Source: Eimeria praecox (Eukaryota). Taken from it: DNA of 64,000 nt. Location: contig OY986946.1 of assembly GCA_963920595.1 (NCBI GenBank), forward strand, positions 1,488,001-1,552,000, written 5' to 3'. A program made the position numbers and the translations under genes. The notes beneath the pieces were generated by a model, which saw only the letters and a program-made list of their open reading frames with translations, was not told where the DNA came from and searched no databases. Shown one piece after another: positions 1 to 14,679 of the stretch. Numbering within the stretch: position 1 is the stretch's first letter; every line of letters starts with the position of its first letter.

Positions 1-143
1 AGTATGAAAGCCCCACAGGGGGCGAGCTGTCCCTCAAGATAGACAGACGCCCCATGTATGACGTGAGAGGCTGTGAGGGGCCATCAGGCCTCGGGCGAAT
101 AGAGTGGAGTCTTCAGAGAAAACAGAGAGAAAGAGAGAAAGGT

Positions 144-1333
144 TGTAATACCTTCGGAGTGTATATCCTAACCTGTTTGATGATTTGTAAGATGTAGAAT
201 TTATTAAAATTGTATTTAAAACTAACTGGCCTTAGAGACGCATGCATGCATGCATGCATGCATGCAGATGCTCAGCTCGATTATGTATTGTACAGTCTAT
301 GATATCCATCTAAAGCAAAACCTATTTATTATTAATTTGATAATGTTTGAAATGTAGTTTAATTTTCTTAGCTTAGAGAGGAGAAGGTTAAATAATATCT
401 CCTTTAGAATATTAGTTTATTAAGCTAGGATACATACATAGACACCTCGGAGGGTTAGATGCTCCGCAGCTAGTATAGGTAGGTAGGTAATTTGAAGATA
501 AACTTTATTATACTTGCATATTATATTATCTCTCTCTCTCTCCAGGATGTTTAACACAAAAACATGAAAGATTAGAGAGGCCCCCCGCCTCCCTCTCACC
601 TCTACCCCCACGTGTCTGTCTGTCTCCCTCTGTTCTAAACGCTTGTAGAGAAGGGGGAGTCTGTTGTCTCTTCAAGTAATTATTGTTTCAGATATATTTG
701 TTCTTTGGTGAGCATAACAACCATGAGAGTCGTAGGCTAAATCCCTTTATATTCAATGCAAGTTGTGTATCTCTCACACTAGAAGAAAAGCAAACGTACA
801 GCTATCAGATACATTATACATGTTTGTTTGGAGGGTAGAAGAGGGCTGTCTGCTCTTTTATAATGAGATTCTGTAGAGACCTCAGGTACAGCATGAGAAG
901 AAGCAACACATGAGAGGCCCCGTAAAGCAGGCAGCGCTAAGTCTATCAAGCGCATCAGCTCTCCCCTAGAACAAAGAAGTCGTGTATAGCTACAATTTCA
1001 GAGGATACAGATCCTAAGGAACAAGTGATAGCCCCTCTTTGTTTTTAGAATTCGTGAGAAGAAGAGCAGAAAAGCCTGAGGTATTGAGAGAGAGGAGTGT
1101 GTCTCTCTGTCTTTAGCTGCAGCTCCTGCTGCTAGGAAACCCGAGATACGAGGAGACAGAGGAGACACAAACACGATTTTGAAACAGAGACAACCAGCTG
1201 TATCAAGAGATGCTCAACAGAAGCTAAGCCCTCCTCACTCAGCACAGAGCTTGCAGTGGCGAGGAAGTAGACACACTTACTACAGATAGAACGTTTCTCT
1301 CTCTCTCTCTCTATATATATATATACATCTCTC

Positions 1334-1375
<42 letters not shown>

Positions 1376-1681
1376 GAGAGAGAGAGAGCATGTCTCGTAG
1401 GCTGTAGCCTTCATGTTGACAGGTGTAGAAGCTCCCTGAGCTCTGACTAGCTGCTGATTTGAGGGATTTGTCTCTGCTGTCTGCTAAGAGTGTCTGAGGT
1501 AAATACTTCGTTTTTTATACTTTTTCTAGTTGTTCTATTCATCTAACATCTAGTAGGTCTAATCCGATCGGTTCTGTTGCGGGTTTATGTTTATTGTTTA
1601 ATGTTTTAAATAGAATATATTCTATTAATGAAATAAATAAACATAGGAAGATATGTATGTTTGTAGGGATGAGATGTTACA
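144..1681 (+). mobile_element. Possible degenerate LTR (or LTR-retroelement remnant)
   Basis: CAG-poor block. It starts TGTAATA at 144, right after a purine tract (AGAGAAAACAGAGAGAAAGAGAGAAAGG, ~115-142), and ends TGTTACA at 1681, giving TGTAA...TTACA inverted ends. No gag/pol ORF seen and no second copy in the window. Confidence 0.2.
240..266. repeat. (TGCA)n tandem array containing the apicomplexan TGCATGCA motif
   Basis: gcatgcatgcatgcatgcatgcatgca read directly. TGCATGCA is an over-represented, ApiAP2-bound motif in apicomplexans. Confidence 0.8.
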
Positions 1682-2052
1682 AACTGTCTCGGGTTTAGGA
1701 GACGGGAGAGTGTCTACAATCATAGAAGTGGAGTGTCGAAGCTAGGATTAAAATATGAGGGTAGAAGCTTCTTTAATGTATTTATAGAGTCAAAAAATAT
1801 ATAAAAAACTAATAAAATATAATAAAAACATAAATTGTTGCTATATACTCCTCTAATAGCTGTACATACACCCGAGGAGTCGGGGTTCTGTGCAGTGCAG
1901 CGCCAGGCTATGGTGTATGTTGTGAGCGGTATGAAAGTAGATGTAAATAAATTAAAATTAAATTTATTTAAATTATTAAATAAATTTAAAAGATTATATA
2001 TACAATTTATATTATTTTTATGTATTTATTATATTTATTTTATAATAAAATG

Positions 2053-2093
<41 letters not shown>

Positions 2094-2589
2094 CTGCAGC
2101 GCCACTGCTGAGGTGTATAGGCAGCTAGGCAGTGCGGGGGAGGCCTCCCAGCGGGCGTTTGCGTGAGCGGCTGTGTTTGCTGCGTTTGTTTAATATTTTA
2201 TGAATATAAATGTAATAAAACTATTTCTAATTATTAAAATAGTGAAAATAAATATTGTGAGCTATCTAGTGAGGGGTTTAAGTGCATTTTATTGCTTCTT
2301 CTACTTCTTCTACTTCTTCTTCTACTTCTTCTTCTTATCATCATCCATTCTGAAGCTATAATCTAAAGTAGTACTTTATATTATTCTTTTTTTCTATTTT
2401 CTTCTTTATTTTCTGTCTTTTTTAAAACACAATCTATCCTGCCTCTCCATTAGGTTGAGGCATATACCTTTTTACTTCTATTAGCAACAATGCAGCAAGC
2501 ACAACTGCCCTCGTTAGAGGGAGCCGCGAACCCCCGCGGGTTCCGCTTATATGCTGTTGCTTAGGAGCTTCTGACTCTCCAGCCTGTCT

Positions 2590-2628
<39 letters not shown>

Positions 2629-2792
2629 GCAGCAGCAGCAGCAGCAGCAGGAGGTAGAGCAGTAGCAGGGACGGCGGAGACAGGCTGACGTGTTGTTGTG
2701 TATCTGTTTGAGTTTATTATATCGTTTCATCGCTGCAGCAGCTGCAGCTGCAGCAGCAGCAGCAGCAGCAGCAGGAGCAACAACAGCAACAG

Positions 2793-2827
<35 letters not shown>

Positions 2828-2972
2828 ACAACAGCAACAACAACAGCAATTGTGGTGTATACTCATAAACACAATGGCAGCTGCCTATCTTGTAGCTGTT
2901 TCCGGGGCGAAAGGCCTCGAAAATAAACAACAGTAGTTTGCTGCGTGCGGCGCGACAGTCTCTGTCTCTCCG

Positions 2973-3022
<50 letters not shown>

Positions 3023-3293
3023 GCAGCAGCATTTGGGGTGTACTGACTGATAGCAGACAGACACAGCAGACAGACACAACCAAAGGCTGCTGCAGCAGCA
3101 GCAGCAGCAGCAACTGTCTGCATGCTCGAATTAGTAGATATTGAAACAGAAGAGGAGAAAGTATAAACACAAAATCGCTAGTAGAATAAAATAAAACAAA
3201 AACAAGTAGAAGCAGCAGCAGCAGCAGCACCAGCAGCAGCAGCAGCAGCAGCACAGCAGCAGGAAGGCACACGAAACGAAACATCAGCAGCAG

Positions 3294-3325
<32 letters not shown>

Positions 3326-3379
3326 TTACGAGCAACACCATCGACAGCAACACCAGCAGCAGCAACAGCAACAACATCG

Positions 3380-3432
<53 letters not shown>

Positions 3433-3447
3433 AGCAGCAGCATCAAG

Positions 3448-3493
3448 ATGATAGAGACTGCGGTGCATACGTGGCATAGGCCAGGAGGTCTGT

Positions 3494-3525
<32 letters not shown>

Positions 3526-3766
3526 GCGAGTTTGCAGCAGGGCTGGCGCCGCCAGCAGCAGCAGCTGCATCCGCTGCTGCTGCAGCATCATCATCATTAT
3601 CAGCAGCAGCAGCAGCAGCAGCAGCAGCTTCGTGGGGTTGTGTTAGGGAGAAGAGGCGGGGGAGGTGCTTACTCTGCTTCTATGGCTGCTGCTGCTGCTG
3701 CTGCTAGCAGCAGCAGCTACAGCAGCAGCAGCACAACAGCAACAACAGGAGCAACACGTCGCAGCA

Positions 3767-3799
<33 letters not shown>

Positions 3800-4045
3800 C
3801 CTCACCTCCTGTCTCTTCTAGCCATATATGGGCTACTAACCTGCAGCAGACAAACCCCACAAGTAGCTGCAAAGACACCAGAAGTATATTCGAGGGATTT
3901 GTTGCTGCTATAGAGAGACATATCCTACACTCAGATCCGAGTGTACGTACACCGCAAATATATATATATATATATATAATGTGTATAATATAAAATAATA
4001 GTAAAAGTAATAATTAATTGTAGAGTATATCTACAGATTCTTATC

Positions 4046-4076
<31 letters not shown>

Positions 4077-4106
4077 CATGTGTATATCTGTATATCTATG
4101 TCTATA

Positions 4107-4141
<35 letters not shown>

Positions 4142-4212
4142 CTGTATGTCTATAAATCTTTATATCTATATATATATCTATATCTATATCTCTGTCTGTC
4201 TCTCTCTCTCTA

Positions 4213-4263
<51 letters not shown>

Positions 4264-4515
4264 ATGTATATGTTTATATTTTGTATATATTGTGTTTGTT
4301 TCTATAATAATTATATTTATTATTTTCATTTATATATTTACATACTTTATATACTTTATATGTTCGTGTTTATTATTATTATTATAGATGGAGCGGAGCT
4401 GCCTATACACCTCGTGAGCTGTATGTTATGTTTGTTGTACAATTGTTATTATATATATATATATATCTGTATATATAGATGTATATATAATATGTATATC
4501 TGTATGCATGCATAC

Positions 4516-4557
<42 letters not shown>

Positions 4558-4586
4558 ATAAATAAATAAATAACTAAATAAATAAC

Positions 4587-4617
<31 letters not shown>

Positions 4618-5137
4618 CTAAATTAATTAATTACTTTATTAATTAGTTTGTTAATTAATTTATTAATATATCTGTCAGGGTAACATAAAGATTCCCGCTC
4701 GTCTTCTTCACATCGGCGAATGCCCTGATGTCCCCGAGCATTCACAAACATTTGCATTAAGTCGCTCAGGCTCATTACATTTTAAAAAACAAAAGCAAGA
4801 GATACAGCAGGAGGAGGTGTGGGGTTGTTGTTGCTGTTGTTGTTGTTGTTGTTGTTGCTGCTGTTGCAGCAGCAGCAGCAGCAGCAGCTGTTGCTGCAGC
4901 AAATGCTGCTGCAACAGCTGTTGTTGCTGCTGTAGTAGTAATAGTAGAAACAGCAGCAGCAAGAAATGCGGTGCTGCTAGCAACAGCAGCAGCAACAGCA
5001 GCAGCAACAGCAGCAGCAACAGCAGCAGCAGCAACAGCAGCAGCAATAACAACAAACATTCTTGCTGCTGTAGCTGCAGCAAACAAAACACGAGAAAGAC
5101 ACACTCACCAATACGAACTCAGGTACGTGCTGCTGCT

Positions 5138-5173
<36 letters not shown>

Positions 5174-5451
5174 GCAGCAGCAGCAACAGCAACAGCAGCA
5201 ACAGCAGCAACAGCAGCAGCAGCAGCAGGAGCAGGAGCAGAGCAGGAGCATCGAATTATATGTTCGTATTTATTTTATTTAATTAATTAATTAATTAATT
5301 AATTAATTAATTGTTTATATATTTGTATTTAATTATTATTATATTTGTTTGTTTGTGTTGAGGTGTATATGCAGCTCTTGAAGGGGAAGAAGGCTTCTTC
5401 AGAATCGAGCAGCAACAAGCCTCAAGAGCTGCTGCACAGCAGCAGCAGCAA

Positions 5452-5513
<62 letters not shown>

Positions 5514-5619
5514 GCAGCGGCAGAGAAGCATCAGGAGACGAGGCTTCGCTCGATGAAACTACTACAGGCTCGAGTGTACGTACACCTCAGAATATGGAGT
5601 CTGCTGCTGCTGCTCTTCC

Positions 5620-5652
<33 letters not shown>

Positions 5653-5735
5653 TGGGGTGTATAGAGGAGGTTGCCGCTGCTCCTGCTGCTCCTGCTGCTG
5701 CAGCTGCTGTAGTAGTAGTAGTAGTAGTACTACTA

Positions 5736-5769
<34 letters not shown>

Positions 5770-5770
5770 A

Positions 5771-5802
<32 letters not shown>

Positions 5803-5892
5803 CTGCTCAGCGTAGCAGCTTCGCTAGTATAGGGAGTAGTCCTAAGCCCGGAGTTTAAGAAGGAGATTTTCGTGGAAGAGTTTGAGAGATAA
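3448..5892 (+). CDS. Hypothetical protein, multi-exon (approx. 3448-3940, 4388-4413, 4679-5122, 5375-5575, 5833-5892)
   Basis: Non-repetitive segments join in consistent phase across GT-AG junctions: ...[53 protein letters not shown]...[12 protein letters not shown]...[24 protein letters not shown]. No family recognised. The last exons are less certain. Confidence 0.45.
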
Positions 5893-6596
5893 ATTAAGAA
5901 GATAACATAAAATAAATAAAATAATAATTGAAGCAGCAGCAAGTGCTGCTACTGCTGCAGCAGCAGCAGCTGCTGCTGCTGGTAGGGGGCGGGGGATGAT
6001 GGCGGTGGTGATGCTGCTGCAGGTGCTGCAGCAGGTGCTGCTGCTGCTGCTGCTGCTGTTGCTGCAGCAGCAGCAGCAGGTATATATATATGTATGTACG
6101 TAGCGCTGAGCCTGTTTGTATAATAATATCTTTGTTTGTATTCTCTCTCTCTCTCATTTCTCTTATTCTTTCATTCTTTATTTATTTATTTATTTATTTA
6201 TTTATTTTTTATTTATTTATTTATATATATTTATTATGTACTGCGTCTGTGTTTGTTTGTTTGTATGTTGATCTCCTCACGAATGTTTGCTGCTTCTCTT
6301 AATTATTATTCTTGATTGTGTGGTGCTTTCAACATTTATATAAATAATATATAAATAAATAAATAAATATATAAATAAATAAATAATATATTATTTATTT
6401 ATTTATTTATTTTATTTATTTATTTATTTATTTATATAAATGTTGATACTGTGTTTGCTCGTGCTCAAGTATAAAATATTTATGTTTGTTGCTATATCTA
6501 TTCTCTCAATTATTGAGGTGTATAGGCAGCTATACGGTTTATGACAGCAGCTACATCTTGTTATTAATATATTAAATAAATAAATAAATTATATAT

Positions 6597-6687
<91 letters not shown>

Positions 6688-7444
6688 TACACAAACAACC
6701 CCCCCTAGCTGCTTCCATACACGTACAGCAAAAGCCGTTGCTGCTGCAGACCTGCTGCTGCAGACCTGTTGCTGCTGCTGCTGCTGCAGCAGCAGGAGCA
6801 GCAGCAGCAGCGGAGGTGTATGTACACCTCAACAATGAATAAGTAATCTTAGGTGTACATACACCTCAACAATGCATACACTCGTGTATATCTTTACTAA
6901 ACTCAAAACCCAGCGTATGCCTGCTAGCAGCTTAATAGATATATACTTTGTTGCTGTCGAGGAGCAACTGCAGCAGCAGCAGCAGCTGCTGCTGCTGTTG
7001 CTGTTGTTGTTGCTGTTGCTGTTGCTGCTGTTGAGGTTAGAGGTAGTATTAACTTTGTTTGTTATTAGCAGTTTCGCTCTCGTTGTAGATGCAGCAGCAG
7101 CAGCAGCAGCAGCAGCAAGAGCAGCAGCACTAGAGAAAGCAACAGGAGCAGCATCAGCGACAACAGCAGCAGCAGCAGCAGCAGCAACAGGCAGCAGCAG
7201 CAGCAGCAGCTGCTGCTGCAGGTAGATAGTGTCTGTGGCTATGATAAGAGCAGAAGAGAAGACAGCAGCAGCAGCAGCAGACGGAGGTCGTTGAGGTGTA
7301 CGTACAGCTCAACGCCTTTGACTCTGTCTCTAATAAAATATAAATATAAATAAATATAAATATTTTAATATAATAAATAAATTAAATTAATTTCTTGTAT
7401 TTGTTTAGTAGTAGAGCAAAGTCTAGAACAAATAGGCTCGGGGG

Positions 7445-7493
<49 letters not shown>

Positions 7494-7585
7494 CAGATAA
7501 ACAGAAAGAAAGGATATGTCTTCTGTCTCCTCTGTTAACAACAGAGAGAATACAAACAACCAGACACAGTGCATACATATATATT

Positions 7586-7626
<41 letters not shown>

Positions 7627-7717
7627 ACAAATATAAATAGTAAATGCAAATATAAATATAAATTTGTATTTGCTTAAAATGCGCGATGGAGATGCATTAC
7701 ATCTCAGCCGCAGAATA

Positions 7718-8133
7718 TTAGGGTTTAGGGTTTAGGGTTTAGGGTTTAGGGTTTAGGGTTTAGGGTTTAGGGTTTAGGGTTTAGGGTTTAGGGTTTAGGG
7801 TCTAGGGTTTAGGGTTTAGGGTTTAGGGTTTAGGGTTTAGGGTTTAGGGTTTAGGGTGAGTGTTTGGTGGTTAGGGTTTAGGGTTTAGGATTAAAGAGTT
7901 TATTGTTTATTGATATTGTTTAGGGTTTAGGGTTTAGGGTTTAGGGTTTAGGGTTTAGGGTTTAGGGTTTGTTGTGTATTTGTTTATTGTTTATTATTTA
8001 TTATTTATTATGTATTGTTTATTAATTATTATATATTGTTTGTTGTTTATTGTTTGTTGTTTGTTATTTGTAGTTTTTAGGGTTTAGGGTTTAGGGTTTA
8101 GGGTTTAGGGTTTAGGGTTTAGGGTTTAGGGTT
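7718..8133 (+). repeat. Interstitial telomere-like (TTTAGGG)n arrays, apparently intergenic
   Basis: Three main blocks of TTTAGGG (~7718-7890, 7919-7970, 8076-8133), all in one orientation. Confidence 0.9.
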
Positions 8134-8305
8134 TGGTTGTATGTGTGTGTATAATAATTTGAATATATAAAATTATATTATATTTTATTTATTTTATATT
8201 TAAATTATTTAATACAACAAATAAAGAAAACAACAACAAAAACAACAGCAGCAGCAGCAGCAGCTGCTGCTGCTGCTGCTGCTGCTCTGAGTTGCTGCTG
8301 CCCTG

Positions 8306-8369
<64 letters not shown>

Positions 8370-8449
8370 AAATATCATAGGAACAGTTTAATCGCTGACT
8401 TGTAAGTATAATTTCTTGTGTTGCTTCCCTCAGCAGCAGACACAAAAGC

Positions 8450-8487
<38 letters not shown>

Positions 8488-8523
8488 CACAGCAGCAACA
8501 GCGAGTATGTGAGTGACCTCACC

Positions 8524-8579
<56 letters not shown>

Positions 8580-8653
8580 ACAGGTCTGAAGCATCCTAAC
8601 CAGTGGTTCTATCATGTTTTTTCTTGTCTTTTAGTTCTTTCCCTTTGACGTCC

Positions 8654-8719
<66 letters not shown>

Positions 8720-8826
8720 GCTGCTGCCTTTGTAATTCTATATCGCCTCAGGTTTGTCGCCCTGCAGCAGCCGGCCGGTTTCGTCTTTCCTGTCGCTGCT
8801 GCTGCTGCTGCTGCAACAGCAGCAGG

Positions 8827-8860
<34 letters not shown>

Positions 8861-9051
8861 GCAACTAAGCTGTCTGCAGCATTTATATGCTTCAATGCAG
8901 CAGCAAACGGCCTCAATCCCCCCTGCAGGCTTTTCTCCTTCTTAACTGTCTGTACACCCCAGCAGTTGCTGCTGCTCAGGTTAGAAACGTAGAGTGTTGT
9001 CTACAACAAACTCCTGTAGCTGCAACAGCAGCAGCAGCAGCAGCATCAGCA

Positions 9052-9082
<31 letters not shown>

Positions 9083-9090
9083 GCCGAGCT

Positions 9091-9123
<33 letters not shown>

Positions 9124-9170
9124 ACCTTCGCTCTTCTGAAAGTGCTGCAGGTCCTGCAGCTGCTGCTACT

Positions 9171-9202
<32 letters not shown>

Positions 9203-9398
9203 CTCTTTGACTGTCTCTCTCCGCTAGATATTCTGTCCTCGTTGCTGCTGCTGCTGCTGCTGCTCCTGTTGCTGTAACCAGGAGCAGCAGTTGCAGCAGC
9301 AGCAGCACCAACAACAACAGCAGCAGAAGCAGCAGAAGCAGCAGCAGCAGCAGCAGCAGCAGAAGTAGAAACAGAAGCAGCCCAAAGGAGCACCACCC

Positions 9399-9431
<33 letters not shown>

Positions 9432-9451
9432 AGCTGCTGCAGGTTTCAGTG

Positions 9452-10000
9452 ATGCGGCGGCGACGGCCGCAGGCAGACAGGGAGGAGCACAGAGCAGCAG
9501 CAACAGCAAGAGCAGCAGCAGCAGCAGCAGCTGCTGCTGCTGCTCGTTGCTCAGCAGCATCTCCACGCGAATGCTCCCGTACTAGAGGCGCTGCAGCAGC
9601 TGCTGCAGCAGCAGCAGCAGCTGCTGCTGCTGCTGCAGCAGCAGCAGCAGCAGCAGAAGCAGCAGCAGGAAAACCCCGAACACCCAGAGGAGGAGGGTCG
9701 TCTGATGCAGCAGCAGCAGCAGCAGCAACAGCAGCAACAGCAGCAACAGCAGCAGCAGCAACAAGGGGAAGAGGAACAGCAGCAGCAAGAGAAGGAGCAG
9801 CAACAGCAGCAGCACGAAAAGACAATGAAGCAGCAGCAGCAGCAACAACAACAACAGCTGCAGCAGCAGCAACAACAAGAGGAAGAGAAACAGCAACAAC
9901 AACAGCAGCAACAACAACAACAACAGCAGCAGCATCAGCAGCATCAAGAGCATCAGCAAGAACAACCTCAGCATCAATAACAACAACAAAAACAACAGCA

Positions 10001-10045
<45 letters not shown>

Positions 10046-10405
10046 GCAACAACCCCACATCGATCCTGTCCTATAGAAGAGGTGCCTATACACCTGATGA
10101 TCGTAATATTTTGCATGCTGTCTCATGAAGATAAGAGAGAAATAAACATTCTTAGATTTGTTTGTAGAAGATGGAGAATAATATTAAACTCAAAAATATA
10201 TAATATGTGTTTGTCTCTACGCCTCTCTCGTCTTGCGCGATTATATCAGGTGTATATACAGCAGCAGCAGCAGCAGCAACAGCAACAACAGCAACAGCAG
10301 CAGCAGCAAAAACATATGCTGCTGCTGCAACTGCAGCAACAAAAACATTATAAGATGCAGCAGCAATCCAAACATCAACAGCAACATCAAATAAGATATG
10401 ACGCC

Positions 10406-10442
<37 letters not shown>

Positions 10443-10623
10443 ATCCTAGTGCTGCTGCTGCTGCTGCTATACCAGCTGCAGCGAGTGATGCTCGGATTCC
10501 ATCTCCTACTACAGCAGCAGCAGCAACAGCAGCAACAGCAGCAACAGCAGCAGCAGCACGAGCAGCTATCCCTGCTATTCTTGACTACCCTGCAGGGAGC
10601 GCAGCAGCACTAGCTGCAGCAGA

Positions 10624-10664
<41 letters not shown>

Positions 10665-11089
10665 GACTAGGAGGGTCTTTAGGGGGTTTAGGGCCTCGAG
10701 CAGCAGCAGCAGCAGGAACAGCAGGAGGAGGAGGAGGAGGAGCAGCAGCAGCAGCAGCAGCACTATCAGCAGCAACAGGTTTGAGTGTATCTACAGCAAC
10801 CGAAATATGTATACAGTGCATTCAAGGGGGAATAATTATAGATAATCTCCTTCTTCGTTTCAATACGTCTTTATATCTATCCTTCTCAGATTTATTGCTG
10901 TCCGTGCTGCCGTCAGCAGCAAATATGACAGTGTTGCTGCTGCAGCAGGAGCAAGCGAATCCAAGATTATTTAATAATATTAATTCGTTGTTGCTACGAA
11001 GTGCTTCTACTCTTATTCGTCTTGTTATATTAGATAGAAGAGCTGCAGCAGCAGCTATGCTGCTACCGCCTCCTCCTCCTCCTGTACAA

Positions 11090-11131
<42 letters not shown>

Positions 11132-11260
11132 GCTGCTCGTGCTGCTGGTGCTGCTGGTGTTGCTGGCATGCTGCAGGATGGCCCTGCAGCAGCTGCAGCA
11201 GCAGCAGCAGCAGCAGAAACAGCACCACCAACAACAGCACCAGCAGCAGCAGCAACAGGC

Positions 11261-11308
<48 letters not shown>

Positions 11309-11393
11309 CCTGAGCGAGTCGCCCCACTCACTGCAGCAGAGGAGCAGCGAATTTCTGCCTGGCGAGCGCAAAGACAAGAGGCATTAGCAGAAG

Positions 11394-11425
<32 letters not shown>

Positions 11426-11489
11426 ACAGCAGCAGGAGCAGCAGCAGGAGCCCCAAGCTCAACATCTGTCTCAACATCACCAGGCGAAG

Positions 11490-11521
<32 letters not shown>

Positions 11522-11626
11522 ACAGCAGCAGCAGCAGCAGCAACAACAGCAGCAACAACAACAGCACCAACAACAGCACCAACAACAGCACCAACAACAG
11601 CAGCAGCAACAGCAGCAACAGCAGCA

Positions 11627-11663
<37 letters not shown>

Positions 11664-11809
11664 CCGAGTATCGTATCTGCTTCAAGGAGCTTCGCCTTAT
11701 TCGCTCAGCGCATGCAAATATTCTCCGCTACATCAAAGCCCCAAAACTGCAGGAGTTAAGACTGTTACAGCGTTATACAGCAGAAACAGCAAACAATCAT
11801 TCTCTTAAT

Positions 11810-11851
<42 letters not shown>

Positions 11852-12446
11852 TATCGTTCAGGTGTATGTACAGCTCATAGAGACCTTATGCGTTTCCTTG
11901 CTGCATCAAACCCCCCGTTGCAGGTCCTTCAATATAAATTATCTTCTACAAACCATCACGAACAGTCTTTGCTGCCTGCGCCTCCTGTTGCTGCTGCTGC
12001 TGCTGCTGCTGCAGCAGCAGCAGCAGCAGCAACAGGAGGGGGAGGAGGGATGCAGCCGCAGCAGCGACGTTGGCTTCCTCCTCCTCCCCCAGGTTTCTCT
12101 AGAACAGCAGCAGCAGCAGCAGCAGCAACAGCATCATCATCATCATCAACAACACCAGCAGCAACAGCAGCAGCAGCAGCAGCAGCCGCAGCAGCAGCAA
12201 CAGGACCTCCTCCTCGTGTATGTCTGCCGCTGTTGCGACAGATGGATATCAGCAGCCCGCTGCTGCTGTTAAGTGTACGTACACCGTCGCTGCAGCAGCT
12301 AACCCTTCGAGGCCCCCGAAGCAAAGTACTGTGGCTTGGTGTTGCTGCTTTCTTTATTGAAAACAAACCGATGAAGCTGAAACTGCTGCAGGTGTTTGCT
12401 GCACATGCCCCTAAAAATTTATTACACTTTGCTAGAACAGCTACAG

Positions 12447-12478
<32 letters not shown>

Positions 12479-12734
12479 ACAGCAGCAGCAGGAGCAGCAG
12501 GAGCAGGAGGAGGAGGAGGAGCAGCAGCTGCAGCAGCAGCAGCAAACCAGTCTGACCAGGAGATGCTACCTATTCAACATCTTATCGAATTGTTTGCTTC
12601 TAATAACACTCAAAGACAGCAACAGAATCCTCCTGCTGCTGCTGCTGCTGATGCTGCTGTTGCTGCTGATGCTGCTGTTGCTGCTGATGCTGCTGATGCT
12701 GCTGATGCATCAGCGTCGACAAATACAGCAGCAA

Positions 12735-12787
<53 letters not shown>

Positions 12788-12844
12788 GGGCCAGGCGACT
12801 CATCTGTTTCAGCAACAACAACACGGGCTTCCTCTCAAACCCAG

Positions 12845-12881
<37 letters not shown>

Positions 12882-12934
12882 AGCAGCATCAGCAGCGTCA
12901 GCAGCAACGTCAGCAGCAACGTCAGCGTCAGCGT

Positions 12935-12968
<34 letters not shown>

Positions 12969-13280
12969 CTTTAGTGTGGGGCCCCGAGGGTTTAGTGTTT
13001 CCTGAGTTGCTGCATCTAACCTGTCACAGTAGTTTTCTAGAAAGTTTATTAACTGCATGCGCTCGGCTGCCGCTGCTGCAGCAGCTAACAACATGGGGCT
13101 GTCTCAAACAAATATATAAATTTACGGCTATTTCTAACTCTTTAGATATACTACATATTAATAAACTCTGCTGCAGCTGCCGTTATTGCTTCTTATCAAG
13201 AAGCAGACGAGTTGCTGCTGCTGCTGCTGCTGCTAATGCTGCTAATGCTCCCCTTACAGTTGCATCAAACCCTACCACCA

Positions 13281-13311
<31 letters not shown>

Positions 13312-13581
13312 CAACAACATCACTACCACCATCATCAGCAACAGCAACAGCAGCAGCAGCAGCAACATCAACATCAACAGCAACATCAACAGCAACATCA
13401 ACAGCAACATCAACTGCAGCAGCAGCAGCAGCAGCAAACTAACATGGAGACAGCAGCAGCAACACTCTTTAACAAACCCACGATCAACAGAGAAGATAAT
13501 TATAAATATTAAGATGTTTTGTGGGCCTTCTTCATTCTTGCAGCCTTCGTTTGCCTTCCCTAAACTTAAAACCCTTATTGT

Positions 13582-13614
<33 letters not shown>

Positions 13615-13966
13615 TAGCAGCAGCAGCAATAGCAGCAGCAGCAGCAGTAATAGCAGCAGTAGTAGCAGCAGCAGTAGCAGCAGCAGCAGTAGTAGTAGTA
13701 GGAGGAGTAGCAGCAATAGCAGCAGCAGTAATAACAGCAGCAATAGCAGCAGCAGCAGCAGCAGTAATAGAAGCAGCAGGAGCAGCAGCAGTAGCAGCAG
13801 CAGCAGTAGTAGTAGGAGGAGGAGTAGCAGCAATAGCAGCAGCAGTAATAACAGCAGCAGCAATAGCAGCAGCAGCAGCAGCAGTAATAGAAGCAGCAGG
13901 AGCAGCAGCAGGATCAGTTGCAGTAGTAGTAGTAGTAGTAGCAGCAGCAGCAGTAATAGCGGCAGC

Positions 13967-14037
<71 letters not shown>

Positions 14038-14426
14038 ATATTGCTGCTGCTGCAGCAGCAGCAGCAAACACATTGCAGCAGCAGCAGCAGTAGCAGCAGC
14101 AGCAGCAGTAGCAGCAGCATCAGCAGCAGTAGTAGTAGTACATATTGCAGCAGCAGCAGCAGCAAAGACGTTGCCGCAGCAGCAGCAGCAGCAGTAGCAG
14201 CAGCAGCAGCAGTAGCAGCAGCAGAGAAGCAGCACATACAAAATTAAATGTAAGAGGAAGTAAAGCAGCAGCAGCAAATTAGCTCTAGCAGCAGCAACAG
14301 CAGCAGCAGCAACAGCAGCAACAGCAGCAGCAGCAGCAACAGCAGCACTTGTGTCTGCTGCTTTGACTGTGTTGTATATATCAAAGCACTCACTCACTCT
14401 CCCTTCTCCTTCTTTTCTGCTGTTGC

Positions 14427-14507
<81 letters not shown>

Positions 14508-14647
14508 AGCTTCGACCCGAAGCAGGAGACAGTCCCCGCCTGTGGCGTTTGCTGCTCGACGGCTACTTCCCTCAGCTGCAGCAACTAATATACGAGGGGA
14601 GAATCTTTCATTCTTTTAGAGAAGAGCGAGGAAGACACACACAAGGA

Positions 14648-14679
<32 letters not shown>

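Noticed and set aside
7718..8133. True chromosome end
   Set aside because: The arrays are short, interrupted and flanked by unique sequence and genes on both sides.
8200..9450. Additional gene or upstream coding exons before the F-box gene
   Set aside because: Only short non-repetitive fragments with no consistent splice path. Could be 5' UTR; cannot be supported.
13580..14197. Poly-Ser C-terminus of the 1582-aa ORF
   Set aside because: Better explained as an intron: a GTAAGC donor and an in-phase join to the 14510 exon complete an LRR-like unit.
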